DNA from: an uncultured Acidimicrobiaceae bacterium
Lineage (GTDB): Bacteria > Actinomycetota > Acidimicrobiia > Acidimicrobiales > Bog-793
Reading direction: 5' to 3'
Length of the DNA: 64,000 nt
Assembly: GCA_963725215.1 (NCBI GenBank)
Contig: CAVRXQ010000007.1
Location: forward strand, 17,294 to 81,293
Shown: positions 17,425 to 26,541 of the stretch, piece by piece
Numbering within the stretch: the stretch's first letter is position 1
How the letters are laid out: every line of letters begins with the position of its first letter
The notes under the pieces: model-generated
Database searches by the model: none
What the model was told of the DNA's origin: nothing
Seen by the model: only the letters and a program-made list of their open reading frames with translations
Position numbers and translations under genes: made by a program

Positions 17425-18363
17425 TCAGACGGTCAGAAGGTCCCGGGCACCCGTGTCGCTCGAGGGGTGACGGAGCTTCGACATCGCGCGCGCTTCGATC
17501 TGGCGGATCCGCTCTCGGGTCAAGTTGAAGTGCTCGCCAACCTCTTCGAGGGTTCGTGGCTCTCCCCGGTCGAGACCGAATCTCAACCGCAGGATCTCGC
17601 GCTCGCGCTCGTCGAGGGGCGCCAACAAGCGATTGATCTCGACGGGCAGAAGTGCGGTCGCCGCCATCTCGAACGGCGACTCCGCGGAGCGGTCCTCGAC
17701 GACGTCGCCAAGCTCGGCGTCGCCGTCTTCGCGCAAAGGCTCCGAGAGCGACAGCGGCTCGGAGCGGAACCGCAGCGCTTCGATCAACTTGTCCTCGGGG
17801 AGTTCGACTTCCGCGCCGAGCTCGGCGAGGGTGGCCGGGCGTCCGTACTTCAGTTCGAGACGCGCTTGGGCCTTTTGCACCCGGGCAAGCGTGTCGCCGG
17901 CGTGAACGGGCAGCCGGATCGTCCGTCCCGTGTTCGCGATGCCGCGGGTGATCGCCTGCCGGATCCACCACGTCGCATAGGTCGAGAACTTGAAGCCCTT
18001 GCGCCAGTCGAACTTTTCGACGGCGTGCATCAGACCGAGGTTGCCTTCCTGGATCAAGTCGAGCAGGGGTAAACCCGAAGCCTGGTATTTCTTCGCGATC
18101 GAAACGACGAGACGGAGGTTCGACTGGACAAAAGTGCGCTGGGCTTCGTCGCCCTGGCGAATGATCCGCCGCAGCTCGCGCCGACGCGCCGGGGTGACCT
18201 TCTTGCCCCCGTTCTCGATCTCATGCTCAGCCTCGCCGCGACGCTCAATCGCCTGCGCGAGGCGAACTTCGTCGTCTTTGGTGAGAAGTGGGTATTGACC
18301 GATGTCGGTCAGGTACAGCCGGACGAGATCTTCCTCGTCGCGTTCAACACGCTCTTTCGCCAA
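17425..18363 (-). CDS. RNA polymerase sigma factor, sigma-70 group 1/2 (HrdB/SigB-like, no long region 1.1)
   Basis: Contains LYLTDIGQYPLLTKDDE, LIQEGNLGLMHAVEKFD, YATWWIRQAITR, TIRLPVH and LTRERIRQIEARAM. TTG start with GGAGGA upstream. Confidence 0.92.
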   Translation of the reverse strand: MAKERVERDEEDLVRLYLTDIGQYPLLTKDDEVRLAQAIERRGEAEHEIENGGKKVTPARRRELRRIIRQGDEAQRTFVQSNLRLVVSIAKKYQASGLPLLDLIQEGNLGLMHAVEKFDWRKGFKFSTYATWWIRQAITRGIANTGRTIRLPVHAGDTLARVQKAQARLELKYGRPATLAELGAEVELPEDKLIEALRFRSEPLSLSEPLREDGDAELGDVVEDRSAESPFEMAATALLPVEINRLLAPLDEREREILRLRFGLDRGEPRTLEEVGEHFNLTRERIRQIEARAMSKLRHPSSDTGARDLLTV

Positions 18364-18529
18364 TGCGGTCCGGTTCCTCCGTACTCACGTCCGGGCCGCC
18401 TCGTGCGTCCCTTCGCGTCATTGCAAGCGAAGCGGCCTTCGTCAGCGGCGATAGCGGGCCGTGATAGTGCACCCACCCCCCGATATCACTACGACCCGTT
18501 CGGCTCCGGCGTTCAGTGTAACGACGTAG

Positions 18530-19105
18530 TCAAGCGATCCCCCCAGGGACCTGACGTGGAGATTCCGCGAGATCGTGCGGCGGTACTTCGCCCAACGATC
18601 CGAAGGGTCCTTCGGACTTCTCGACAAGCGCGGCGACCTTGCGCGCACGCGAGCTATCCACGTTCGTCGCGCGAAGCGCGAGCCCGTCCGCGATGACACC
18701 TGAGACGTCGTCGCGACAGCGCCGGAAGGTTCTTCGTGCGGAGGTGTCCCCCGGACCGTCGGCCAGATCGCTGAGGGTGTCGTATGCGTCACGAAGCGCC
18801 GGATAGAAGACCCCCACGAGCGAATCGAAGGTCTCTTCGTCCTCTCCTTCTGCGCCGAACGCGGCAACCATTTCGTCGACTCCGCCGAGGCGCATCCGCT
18901 CGCTTGGATCGGTGAATCCTGCCGCGACCGGCAGACAGCTCTCCAACAATTCGGCGCGAAAGCCATGCGCGCGGCTCGCCCCGGCGAAGAACCCCGCCAG
19001 ATTCGCGTCCGTTCCGATTGCGCGCGCCCCGATTGCGTGAAAACCCGCGATCTCGACGTATCGACAGCGCACAACGAATTTTGCGAGCGCGCTCAACGTC
19101 AACAC
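18530..19105 (-). CDS. Hypothetical protein
   Basis: 191-aa ORF in the same orientation as nadE, with an Ala/Asp-rich helical character. No family recognised. Confidence 0.4.
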   Translation of the reverse strand: MLTLSALAKFVVRCRYVEIAGFHAIGARAIGTDANLAGFFAGASRAHGFRAELLESCLPVAAGFTDPSERMRLGGVDEMVAAFGAEGEDEETFDSLVGVFYPALRDAYDTLSDLADGPGDTSARRTFRRCRDDVSGVIADGLALRATNVDSSRARKVAALVEKSEGPFGSLGEVPPHDLAESPRQVPGGIA

Positions 19106-19110
19106 GGCGC

Positions 19111-20805
19111 TCAGGACTTTGACTGTTCGAAGTGGTCGATGAATCCGTTCGTGATCGGCATTCGCCGGTCGCGCCCAAATCCTCTCGTCGTCACGCGCGG
19201 ACCCGGAGGTGCTTGGCGCCGCTTGTACTCCGACTGGTCGACGAGCCGGTACACACGATGCACAAGCGACGGCTCGTATCCCTCGGCGATCAAATCGGCC
19301 GCGGAGCGGTGGTGCTCGACGTAGGCCTCGAGAATCGGGTCGAGCACCTCGTAGGGGGGCAAGGAGTCGTCGTCGCGTTGATTCATCCGCAACTCCGCGG
19401 AGGGTGGCTTCGAAAGCACCGACTCGGGGATCAGGGCTTTTCCTTCGACCTTGTTCCGTCGGTTGGCGAGCACGTAGACGAGTGTCTTCGGGACGTCCCT
19501 GATCACCGCGAATCCCCCCGCGGTGTCGCCGTAGAGCGTCGAGTACCCAACGGCCGTCTCAGATTTGTTGCCCGTCGTGAGGACGAGCCAGCCGAACTTG
19601 TTCGACAACGCCATCATCAACGTGCCGCGGATGCGCGCTTGGAGGTTCTCTTCGGTGATGTCCTCGGCGAGCCCGCGGAAGATCGGCGCGAGCAACCCCA
19701 AGTACGTCGCGTGGATCTTTTCGATCTCGATCACCTGGTAGTCGATGCCCAGGTTCCCGGCGAGCGTTTCGGCGTCCGATCGCGATCCGGCGGACGAAAA
19801 TCGCGACGGCATCGATACGCCGTGAACGTGGTGCTTGTCGAGCGCGTCCGTGGCGATCGTCGCGACCAGCGAGGAATCGATGCCTCCCGAAAGCGCGACG
19901 ACGACGTCGCGGAACCCGTTCTTCTCGACGTAATCGCGTGTCGCGAGCACGAGGGCCGCGTACACCGCGCCGTCCACGTCGAGCGGCACATATCGCGCAG
20001 GGGAATCGATCGGGCGACGTGAGTCTCTCGTTTCGGTGACGAGCACGCTCTCGGTCCCGGCGATCAGCTCTTCTTCGAGCTCCAAATCGACCGCCACGAC
20101 GCCCTCGCGAAACTGCGGAGCGATGGCGACGGTCTCTCCGCCTGCGTCGACGACGACCGATCCGCCGTCGAAAACGAGCTCGTCTTGTCCTCCGACGAGG
20201 TTCACGTAGGCGATCGGTCGGTGCGACTCGGCGGAGCGCGCCTCTAGCACGTCGATCCGCTCGTCAAAGGCGCTCGAGCGGTACGGCGAGGCGTTCGAGA
20301 CAGTGATGAGCGCCGCACCTCGCTGCGCGAGATCGCCGATCGGCCCGGGCTCCCACGCGTCCTCGCAGATCAGGACACCGACGGGGACGCCGCCGATCAC
20401 GAAAAGCGGCGTGTCGCCACGTCCGGGCTCGAACCAACGCGCCTCGTCGAAAACGCCGTAATTCGGAAGGCACTGCTTGTACGCGCGCCCGACCAGTTCG
20501 CCGTGGGCGACCACGCCGACCGCGTTTCTCAAGCCCCCGTCCTCGAGTACACAACCGACCACCGCCGCGCACCGCCGCGATCGCGCCGCGACCGCGTCGA
20601 GCGCGCGCGCGCTCTCGCGGACGAACGCCGGCTCCAAGATGAGGTCCTCCGGCGGGTAGCCGGTCAAGCAGAGTTCGGGGAAGATAGCGAGGTCGGCGTC
20701 GAGGCTCTCCGCCTGCTCGAGTGCTCTGAGCACGGCCGCGATGTTGTGGTCCAGGTCGCCCACCGCTGCGTCGACTTGGCAAAGCGCGACGCGAAGCGAA
20801 CTCAC
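19111..20805 (-). CDS. nadE: Glutamine-dependent NAD+ synthetase
   Basis: N-terminal CN-hydrolase domain (RVALCQV, FPELCLTGY, LICED) followed by the synthetase domain with P-loop LSGGIDSS. Confidence 0.92.
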   Translation of the reverse strand: MSSLRVALCQVDAAVGDLDHNIAAVLRALEQAESLDADLAIFPELCLTGYPPEDLILEPAFVRESARALDAVAARSRRCAAVVGCVLEDGGLRNAVGVVAHGELVGRAYKQCLPNYGVFDEARWFEPGRGDTPLFVIGGVPVGVLICEDAWEPGPIGDLAQRGAALITVSNASPYRSSAFDERIDVLEARSAESHRPIAYVNLVGGQDELVFDGGSVVVDAGGETVAIAPQFREGVVAVDLELEEELIAGTESVLVTETRDSRRPIDSPARYVPLDVDGAVYAALVLATRDYVEKNGFRDVVVALSGGIDSSLVATIATDALDKHHVHGVSMPSRFSSAGSRSDAETLAGNLGIDYQVIEIEKIHATYLGLLAPIFRGLAEDITEENLQARIRGTLMMALSNKFGWLVLTTGNKSETAVGYSTLYGDTAGGFAVIRDVPKTLVYVLANRRNKVEGKALIPESVLSKPPSAELRMNQRDDDSLPPYEVLDPILEAYVEHHRSAADLIAEGYEPSLVHRVYRLVDQSEYKRRQAPPGPRVTTRGFGRDRRMPITNGFIDHFEQSKS

Positions 20806-20929
20806 TCATTCATCGTACCGAGGTGACCTCGGCTTTTTGGTTGCCGGGTGCGACTCTCCGGGAAGGCGCGTCCCGAAGACCTGCGAGAATGGGATCGCAA
20901 CAAAGGAGCGAGCGCCGGAAGGACGAACG

Positions 20930-22262
20930 ATGGAGAGCCAGCGCGACTACGTGTTGAAGACGGTCGAAGAGCGCGGTGTCCGCTTCATCCAGCTTTGGTT
21001 CACCGACGTGCTCGGAACGCCGAAGACGTTCTCCATCCCGCCGGCTGAGTTCGAGAACGCGATCGACGAGGGAATGACCTTCGACGGCTCCTCGATCGAC
21101 GGGTTCAGCCGCATCCAGGAAAGCGACGTGCTCGCCCGTCCGGATCCGGTGACGTTCCAGATCCTTCCTTTCAAAAGCGGAGCGGACTCGACGATCGCCC
21201 GCGTCTTCTGCGACATCACGAACCTCGACGGGAGCCCGTTCGAAGGCGACCCTCGCCAGGTTCTTCGTCGCGCGCTCGGGCGCGCGCACGAGCGAGGCTA
21301 CGAATTCTTCGCCGCGCCAGAACTCGAGTACTTCTACTTCGCGAACTCCGACGCCCCGCCGCAGCCGCTTGATTCAGGTTCGTATTTCGAGCTCACCGTG
21401 GCCGACCTCGCGACGGACTTGCGCAAGCGCACGGTGCTCACGCTCGAGGACATGGGCGTTCCCGTCGAGTACGCGCAGCACGAAGACGCCCCGAGCCAGC
21501 ACGAGATCGACCTCCGGTACACCGACGCCCTCACGATGGCGGACACGATCATGACGGTTCGTCTCGTTATCAAAGAGATCGCGCAGGAACACGGCGTGTT
21601 CGCGTCGTTCATGCCTAAGCCGCTCGCCGGCGTCCAGGGCTCAGGTATGCACACCCACGTGTCGTTGTTCGAGGGCGACAAGAACTCTTTCTTCGACGCG
21701 AACGACACCCGCGGGCTCTCCGACACCGCGCGACGGTTCATGGCGGGCCTGCTCGAACACGCGCGTGGAGATCACCGCGGTGACGAACCAGTGGGTGAAC
21801 TCCTACAAGCGCCTCGTCTCGGGTTACGAAGCGCCGTTCGCGGTCTCGTGGGCCTACAACAACCGTTCGGCGCTCGTGCGCGTGCCGATCGTGAAGCAAG
21901 GAAAGACCGATTCGGCACGCGTCGAGTACCGGGCGCCGGATCCCGCCTGCAATCCATACCTTGCATTCGCGGTGATCCTGGCGGCGGGGTTGCGCGGCAT
22001 CGAGAAGTCCTACGAACTTCCCCCCGAGGCGGACACGAACCTTTTCCAGGCGTCCGCGGAGGACTTGGCAAAGGCAGGCATCCCGCCTTTGCCGCGCACC
22101 TTGGACGAGGCGCTGAGTGTGATGGAGCGTTCGGAGCTCGTCGCGCAAACGCTCGGCGAGCACGTCTTCGAGTGGTTCTTGCGCAACAAGCGAAGAGAGT
22201 GGGACGACTACACGCGCCAGATCACGCCCTTCGAGCTCGCCCGGTACCTGCCGGCGCTCTGA
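20930..22262 (+). pseudogene. glnA: Glutamine synthetase type I interrupted by a 1-nt frameshift near 21767
   Basis: The N-terminal 278 aa (MESQRDYVLKTVEERGVRFIQLWFTD to [12 protein letters not shown]) lie in the frame of ORF 20741..22324. The conserved continuation [23 protein letters not shown] to ELARYLPAL lies in ORF 21765..22262, shifted by +1. Removing one G from CGTGGAG (21764-21770) restores a 443-aa GS. Confidence 0.85.
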
Positions 22263-22298
22263 GGGATACAGCGCCGCCCGACGAGACGATCCAAGTCG

Positions 22299-22979
22299 AT
22301 GCAACCGATTCTTTGCTTTCCTGACCCGCCGTCACCCGAGCTGCAAAAGGCGCTCGCGATCTCCGGCTACCCGTGGTCCGCGGTCTCGGACACCGCCGCG
22401 GTCGCGCGAACCGAGCCCGCGGAGGGGTTCTCATGTGCGGTCGTTTCCGCGGTCGAGTCACCAGAACGCGCCCTCGCCTTCGCCCGCGTGATTCGCGAGC
22501 GCGAGACGAACGCGTTGCCGGTCTTGCTCGTCGTCGAGTCGAGCGCGCTGCGGATGCTGGAGCGCGAAAGGGACCTGTTCGACGACTTCGCCCTCGAAGC
22601 GTCCCTACTGGACGAGCTCGACGCGCGCCTCGCGCATCTTCTTTGGCGAACCGGCAGGACGAAGAATGCCGAAGTCATCGTTTATGGCCCGCTCGCGTTG
22701 AACCTCGAGACCTATCAAGCGGTCGTCGGCGGGCGTCCCCTCGACCTCACGTACATGGAATACGAGCTTTTGCGATACCTCGCCGCGCACCCGGGAAAGG
22801 TGTTCACGCGCGAGGCGCTCTTGTCCGCCGTCTGGGGATACGACTACTTCGGAGGTGCAAGAACGGTCGACGTCCACGTGCGTCGGCTTCGCGCCAAGCT
22901 CGGCGAAGAGAACGCGCACCTGATCGAAACGGTACGCAGCGTCGGCTACCGCTTCGGAACCTCGCGCTGGACGCCGTGA
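22299..22979 (+). CDS. glnR: GlnR-type orphan OmpR-family regulator (degenerate receiver plus winged helix)
   Basis: The C-terminal Trans_reg_C domain has LTYMEYELLRYLAAHPGKVFTREALL, VDVHVRRLRAKLG and VRSVGYRF. The receiver-like N-terminus ends with DDFALEASLLDELDARL, which resembles my recollection of GlnR. Lies adjacent to glnA. Confidence 0.75.
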   Translation: MQPILCFPDPPSPELQKALAISGYPWSAVSDTAAVARTEPAEGFSCAVVSAVESPERALAFARVIRERETNALPVLLVVESSALRMLERERDLFDDFALEASLLDELDARLAHLLWRTGRTKNAEVIVYGPLALNLETYQAVVGGRPLDLTYMEYELLRYLAAHPGKVFTREALLSAVWGYDYFGGARTVDVHVRRLRAKLGEENAHLIETVRSVGYRFGTSRWTP

Positions 22980-22989
22980 ATACTCGTCG

Positions 22990-24081
22990 TCAGCGAGAAC
23001 GGGTCACGTAAAGCGCGATCGCGTACGGCCCGCCCGGAACGTCGACGGGGGATTGCGCGTGCGGATGCGCGATTGAGATCACGACCGGGACGACCGAGTT
23101 CGACCCGGAGCAGACGACCCAGGCGGTCCCGTTTTCGATCGCCACCGACGACGGGGCGCTTGCGACGGGGACGGGCGTCCCGGCGGCTTCCGAGACGAGA
23201 TTGATCGGTGTGAGCGAGTTCTGCGAGGGAAGCGTGGTCTTCGACACCGCGACCCAAGCGTCTTGGCCCGAGACCGCGATCGACTCGGGCGCTCCGGCGA
23301 CGGGGATCGCGGCACCAGCCGTGCGCGTCGCGAGGGCGATCGTGGAGACGCTTTCAGAGCCCGAGTTCGCGACGAACGCCGTTCCGCCGGCGATCGCGAT
23401 CGCGACCGGCGCGTTGCCGACGGTGATCGGGGGGAGCGAGTGTTTCGTCGATAGGTCGATCGGCGTCACGGTGTTGCCGATCGGGCCGCTCTGGCCGGTG
23501 ACGATCGCCCCCGCGTCGGTGACATAGGCCATCTTCCCGTCGGGGCTGATCGCGATCGCCTGCGGCCCGTTGCCGACGGTGATCGGGCTCTCGGCCTTCC
23601 CGGACGCGAGATCGATCGGGGTGACCGTGTCACCGATCGGCGAGGTGCCCGCATCGGTGACGTAGGCGGTCTTCCCGTCCGGCGCGATCGCGATCCCGGC
23701 CGGGCCGTTGCCGGCGGAGATCGGGTGCCCCGCCTTACCGGTCGCGAGGGCGATCGGCGTCACCGTGTTCGCCGTGTAGCTCGTCACGTACGCCGTCTTC
23801 CCGTCCGGCGTGATGGCGATTGCGTCCGGGAACTCACCGACTCGGACGCGTGGCAACACTTCGGGGGGCACGCTCGAAAGCTGGATGCGTTCGACGCTGT
23901 CGCCGGTGCCTGCCGACGCTCCGGCACCGATCACGGTGACGAGACCGAAGACCTCGGGCGGAAGCGGAGGAAGCGTCGTCGTCGAGTGCGCGGACGGACC
24001 CGACCCGCATGCCGCGAGGAATATCGGGATGATGCCGAAAAGGACAGCGACGCGGGACGGAGCTTTTCCGGGCACGCTCAT
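22990..24081 (-). CDS. YVTN-repeat beta-propeller lipoprotein
   Basis: Lipobox IFLAAC, followed by repeated units of the form AIAI.PDGKTAYVT...TVTPIDL. ATG 24081 overlaps the ridA stop (ATGA). Confidence 0.8.
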   Translation of the reverse strand: MSVPGKAPSRVAVLFGIIPIFLAACGSGPSAHSTTTLPPLPPEVFGLVTVIGAGASAGTGDSVERIQLSSVPPEVLPRVRVGEFPDAIAITPDGKTAYVTSYTANTVTPIALATGKAGHPISAGNGPAGIAIAPDGKTAYVTDAGTSPIGDTVTPIDLASGKAESPITVGNGPQAIAISPDGKMAYVTDAGAIVTGQSGPIGNTVTPIDLSTKHSLPPITVGNAPVAIAIAGGTAFVANSGSESVSTIALATRTAGAAIPVAGAPESIAVSGQDAWVAVSKTTLPSQNSLTPINLVSEAAGTPVPVASAPSSVAIENGTAWVVCSGSNSVVPVVISIAHPHAQSPVDVPGGPYAIALYVTRSR

Positions 24082-24443
24082 CTGCCCGGCGCGTACACCC
24101 ACGCCTCGATCTCGACGCTCGCGCCAAGCGGCAGCGCACTGACGCCGATTGCCGAGCGCGCTGGGCGATGCGCACCGAATCCCGCCGCGTACGCGGAGTT
24201 CATCGACGCGTACTCGCCCATGTCGATCATGAAGACCGTCGTCTTCACAACGTCCGCCAGGCCGTGATCGTGCTCGCCGAGCAGCTTCGCGAGGTTTGCG
24301 ATCGCTTGGGTCAGCTCAGCCGCGATCCCCCCGTCGACGATCACGCCCTCTTTCATCCCGAGCTGTCCCGAACAGATCAGGAAATCACCGGCGCGAACGA
24401 CCGGCGTGTAGGGGGGCGAGGAGGGCGGTGCCTTGTCGCTCAG
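24078..24443 (-). CDS. ridA: RidA/YjgF family reactive-intermediate deaminase (start codon unresolved)
   Basis: The track ORF (92 aa, from ATG 24356) carries VKTTVFMIDMGEYASMNSAYA, PARSAIGVSALPLGASVEIEAW. The in-frame upstream sequence encodes the conserved N-terminus SDKAPPSSPPYTPVVRAGDFLICSGQLG. The upper coordinate is set at the CTG at 24443, which overlaps the iscA stop. Confidence 0.7.
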   Translation of the reverse strand: MSDKAPPSSPPYTPVVRAGDFLICSGQLGMKEGVIVDGGIAAELTQAIANLAKLLGEHDHGLADVVKTTVFMIDMGEYASMNSAYAAGFGAHRPARSAIGVSALPLGASVEIEAWVYAPGR

Positions 24444-24805
24444 GAGAAGGACGACCCGCAGCCGCAGGTGCGGCTGGCGGTGGGGTTCGTGATGTGGAAG
24501 CCCGCTCCCTGCAGGCCGTCGCGATAGTCGAGCGTCGAACCCTTGATGAGCTGCGCGCTCTCTAGGTCGACGACCACCCTCACTTTTCCGAAGCTGCGCA
24601 CGACGTCGTCGTCCGCCACCTCAGTGTCGAAGAACATGTCGTAGCTGTAGCCCGAGCACCCGCCGGGCCGGACGGCGACGCGCAGCGCGAGCTGATCGGC
24701 GTCGCTCTCCTGCGCGAGCAGCTCGGTGACCTTGTCGATGGCGGAGTCGGTGAGGGTCACCGGGCTCGGTCGCTGGCCAATCTTGACGTCAGTGACGATG
24801 CTCAA
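24440..24805 (-). CDS. HesB/IscA/ErpA family iron-sulfur cluster insertion protein
   Basis: Contains LRVAVRPGGCSGYSYDMFFD and a C-terminal CGCGSSF. The TTG at 24805 has GAGGAG 7 nt upstream and is preferred over the ATG at 24865. Confidence 0.85.
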   Translation of the reverse strand: MSIVTDVKIGQRPSPVTLTDSAIDKVTELLAQESDADQLALRVAVRPGGCSGYSYDMFFDTEVADDDVVRSFGKVRVVVDLESAQLIKGSTLDYRDGLQGAGFHITNPTASRTCGCGSSFS

Positions 24806-24912
24806 TTGCCATCTCCTCTTCCAGAACCGCCTCGATCGTACCAACCGGTCGCGCCAATCGTGCACGTCGCGGGGCCCGGAGGCTGCGAATTTGGCCTTGT
24901 TAACATTCTTGC

Positions 24913-26085
24913 GTGGCCAACGACCGCGAACCGCGGAACGGCCCGACGGATGAAAAGTTGCTCGCCGCGTTGCGCGGCGTCGTCGATCCCGAACTCGGCG
25001 AAGACGTCGTCAGCCTCGGGATGGTGCGCTCGGTCAATCTCGAGGACGGAACTGCCCACGTCGAGATCGCGCTGACGATCGCCGGGTGCCCGCTCCGCAC
25101 CCAGCTGCGTGACGACGTCACCCGCCACCTCCTCGCGCTCGACGGGGTCGGAGAGGTTGAGGTGACCACCGTCGAGATGGGGAAAGAAGAGCGGGCGAAG
25201 GTCATGTCAACCGCACGCCGGCTCGCCCAGCGCCGAGCCGTTGCAACCGGATTTCCCTCGTCGACGCGCGTCCTCGCCGTCGTCTCCGGAAAAGGCGGCG
25301 TCGGAAAGTCCTCGGTGACCGCCGCGCTCGCCGTCGCGCTCTGCCGCAAGGGCTTTCGCGTCGGGCTCCTCGACGCGGACATCTGGGGGTTCTCGATCCC
25401 GCGTCTTTTGGGGGTGAAAGGTCCGCTCGCGGTGCGGCAGAAAAAGATGGTGCCGGCGAGCGTGCCTGTTGGCGCGTCGGAACTCAAGGTCGTGTCGATG
25501 GGATTCTTGTCGAACGAGGAAGAGGCAATCATGTGGCGCGGCCTCGTGCTCGCGCGGGCGGTACAGCACTTCTTGGAGGACGTCGATTGGGGGCCGCTCG
25601 ACTATCTCCTCGTCGACATGCCCCCAGGCACCGGGGACGTGCAGATGGCGCTGGCGCGCATGTTGCCCCGCGTCGAGTTCCTCGTCGTGACGACGCCGTC
25701 GTCTGCCGCGGCGAAGGTGGCGCAGCGCGCGGCGGACATGGCGCGCAAAGGGAACGTACGCGTCGCCGGCGTAATCGAGAACATGGCACCGTTCGATTGC
25801 GAGGACGGCCACCGGCACGCGCTCTTCGGCGAAGGCGGCGGCGCCGAGCTCGCGCGCTCGATCGGGGTCGAGCTCGTCGGCTCGCTGCCGATCGACCCTG
25901 CGCTCTCGGCGGCCGGAGATTCCGGCGGCTTTGCCGCTCTCGACCCGAAAAGCCCGTCCGGACTCGCTTTCGACGAGATCGCGAAGCGCCTGGCGAGCGA
26001 CATCGCGCCGGTCGTCGAGATGTCGGGCTGCAGTGCGCGCCTCATCGACCGCGTCGAATCCCGCTTGTCGCGCTCTGCCGGCTGA
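24913..26085 (+). CDS. Mrp/ApbC/NBP35 Fe-S cluster carrier ATPase with an N-terminal DUF59 domain
   Basis: DUF59-like region VVDPELGEDVVSLGMVRSV, IAGCPL, followed by the deviant Walker A VVSGKGGVGKSS and DMPPGTGD. Confidence 0.92.
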   Translation: MANDREPRNGPTDEKLLAALRGVVDPELGEDVVSLGMVRSVNLEDGTAHVEIALTIAGCPLRTQLRDDVTRHLLALDGVGEVEVTTVEMGKEERAKVMSTARRLAQRRAVATGFPSSTRVLAVVSGKGGVGKSSVTAALAVALCRKGFRVGLLDADIWGFSIPRLLGVKGPLAVRQKKMVPASVPVGASELKVVSMGFLSNEEEAIMWRGLVLARAVQHFLEDVDWGPLDYLLVDMPPGTGDVQMALARMLPRVEFLVVTTPSSAAAKVAQRAADMARKGNVRVAGVIENMAPFDCEDGHRHALFGEGGGAELARSIGVELVGSLPIDPALSAAGDSGGFAALDPKSPSGLAFDEIAKRLASDIAPVVEMSGCSARLIDRVESRLSRSAG

Positions 26086-26088
26086 GGT

Positions 26089-26352
26089 TCAGCCGACGCG
26101 CTCGATGAGCTGCTTGCGCTCCATTTCGTTGAGACCGCCCCAGATGCCGTGCGGCTCGCGGATCCGCACCGCGTAGTCGAGGCATGGGCGCTTAACCGGG
26201 CAGGAAGCGCACATCGACTTCGCGATCCGCTCGCGCTCTGCGCGTTCGTCCTTGGACTCCGCGTGGGCGGGCGCGAAGAACACGAAGGCCTGCGGGCCAC
26301 GGCACAGCGCCTTCAGCTGCCAGGCCTCTTCGGGTCGCACCGCGACCGCCAC
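26089..26352 (-). CDS. whiB: WhiB family transcriptional regulator
   Basis: 87 aa with four Cys (ALCRG, MCASCPVKRPC) and GIWGG followed by a basic tail. Confidence 0.9.
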   Translation of the reverse strand: MAVAVRPEEAWQLKALCRGPQAFVFFAPAHAESKDERAERERIAKSMCASCPVKRPCLDYAVRIREPHGIWGGLNEMERKQLIERVG

Positions 26353-26541
26353 GGTCCCTCCTCGCCCCGCGAAATGGCGGGTCTCGCCGGGTCGGCGGGC
26401 GGCGCCGCGCCTGCGGCTGGCCGAACGGGCCGGCGACAGCGCGGAGGCTACCGCCGGCTCCTAGGCGTGACAAGAGGGCGTGCCAAAACTTCCCTGGTCG
26501 TGGAGGCCGAATCGACCGGCAGTCGATAAGGTCAGCGAGCC

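Noticed and set aside
18462-18490. Hairpin GTGATA-(GTGCACCCACCCCCCGA)-TATCAC with a C-rich loop on the plus strand, reminiscent of 6C sRNA loops.
   Set aside because: There is only one weak 6-bp AT-rich stem and no second C-rich hairpin. It lies in the promoter/5' UTR of the sigma factor gene on the other strand.
20818-20838. Terminator-like hairpin CCGAGG-TGA-CCTCGG followed by CTTTTT in the nadE/glnA divergent spacer.
   Set aside because: There is no upstream plus-strand gene to terminate, and it lies only 13 nt from the nadE start on the opposite strand. I saw no convincing GlnR box (GTnAC-n6-GnAAC type). The function is indeterminate from sequence alone.
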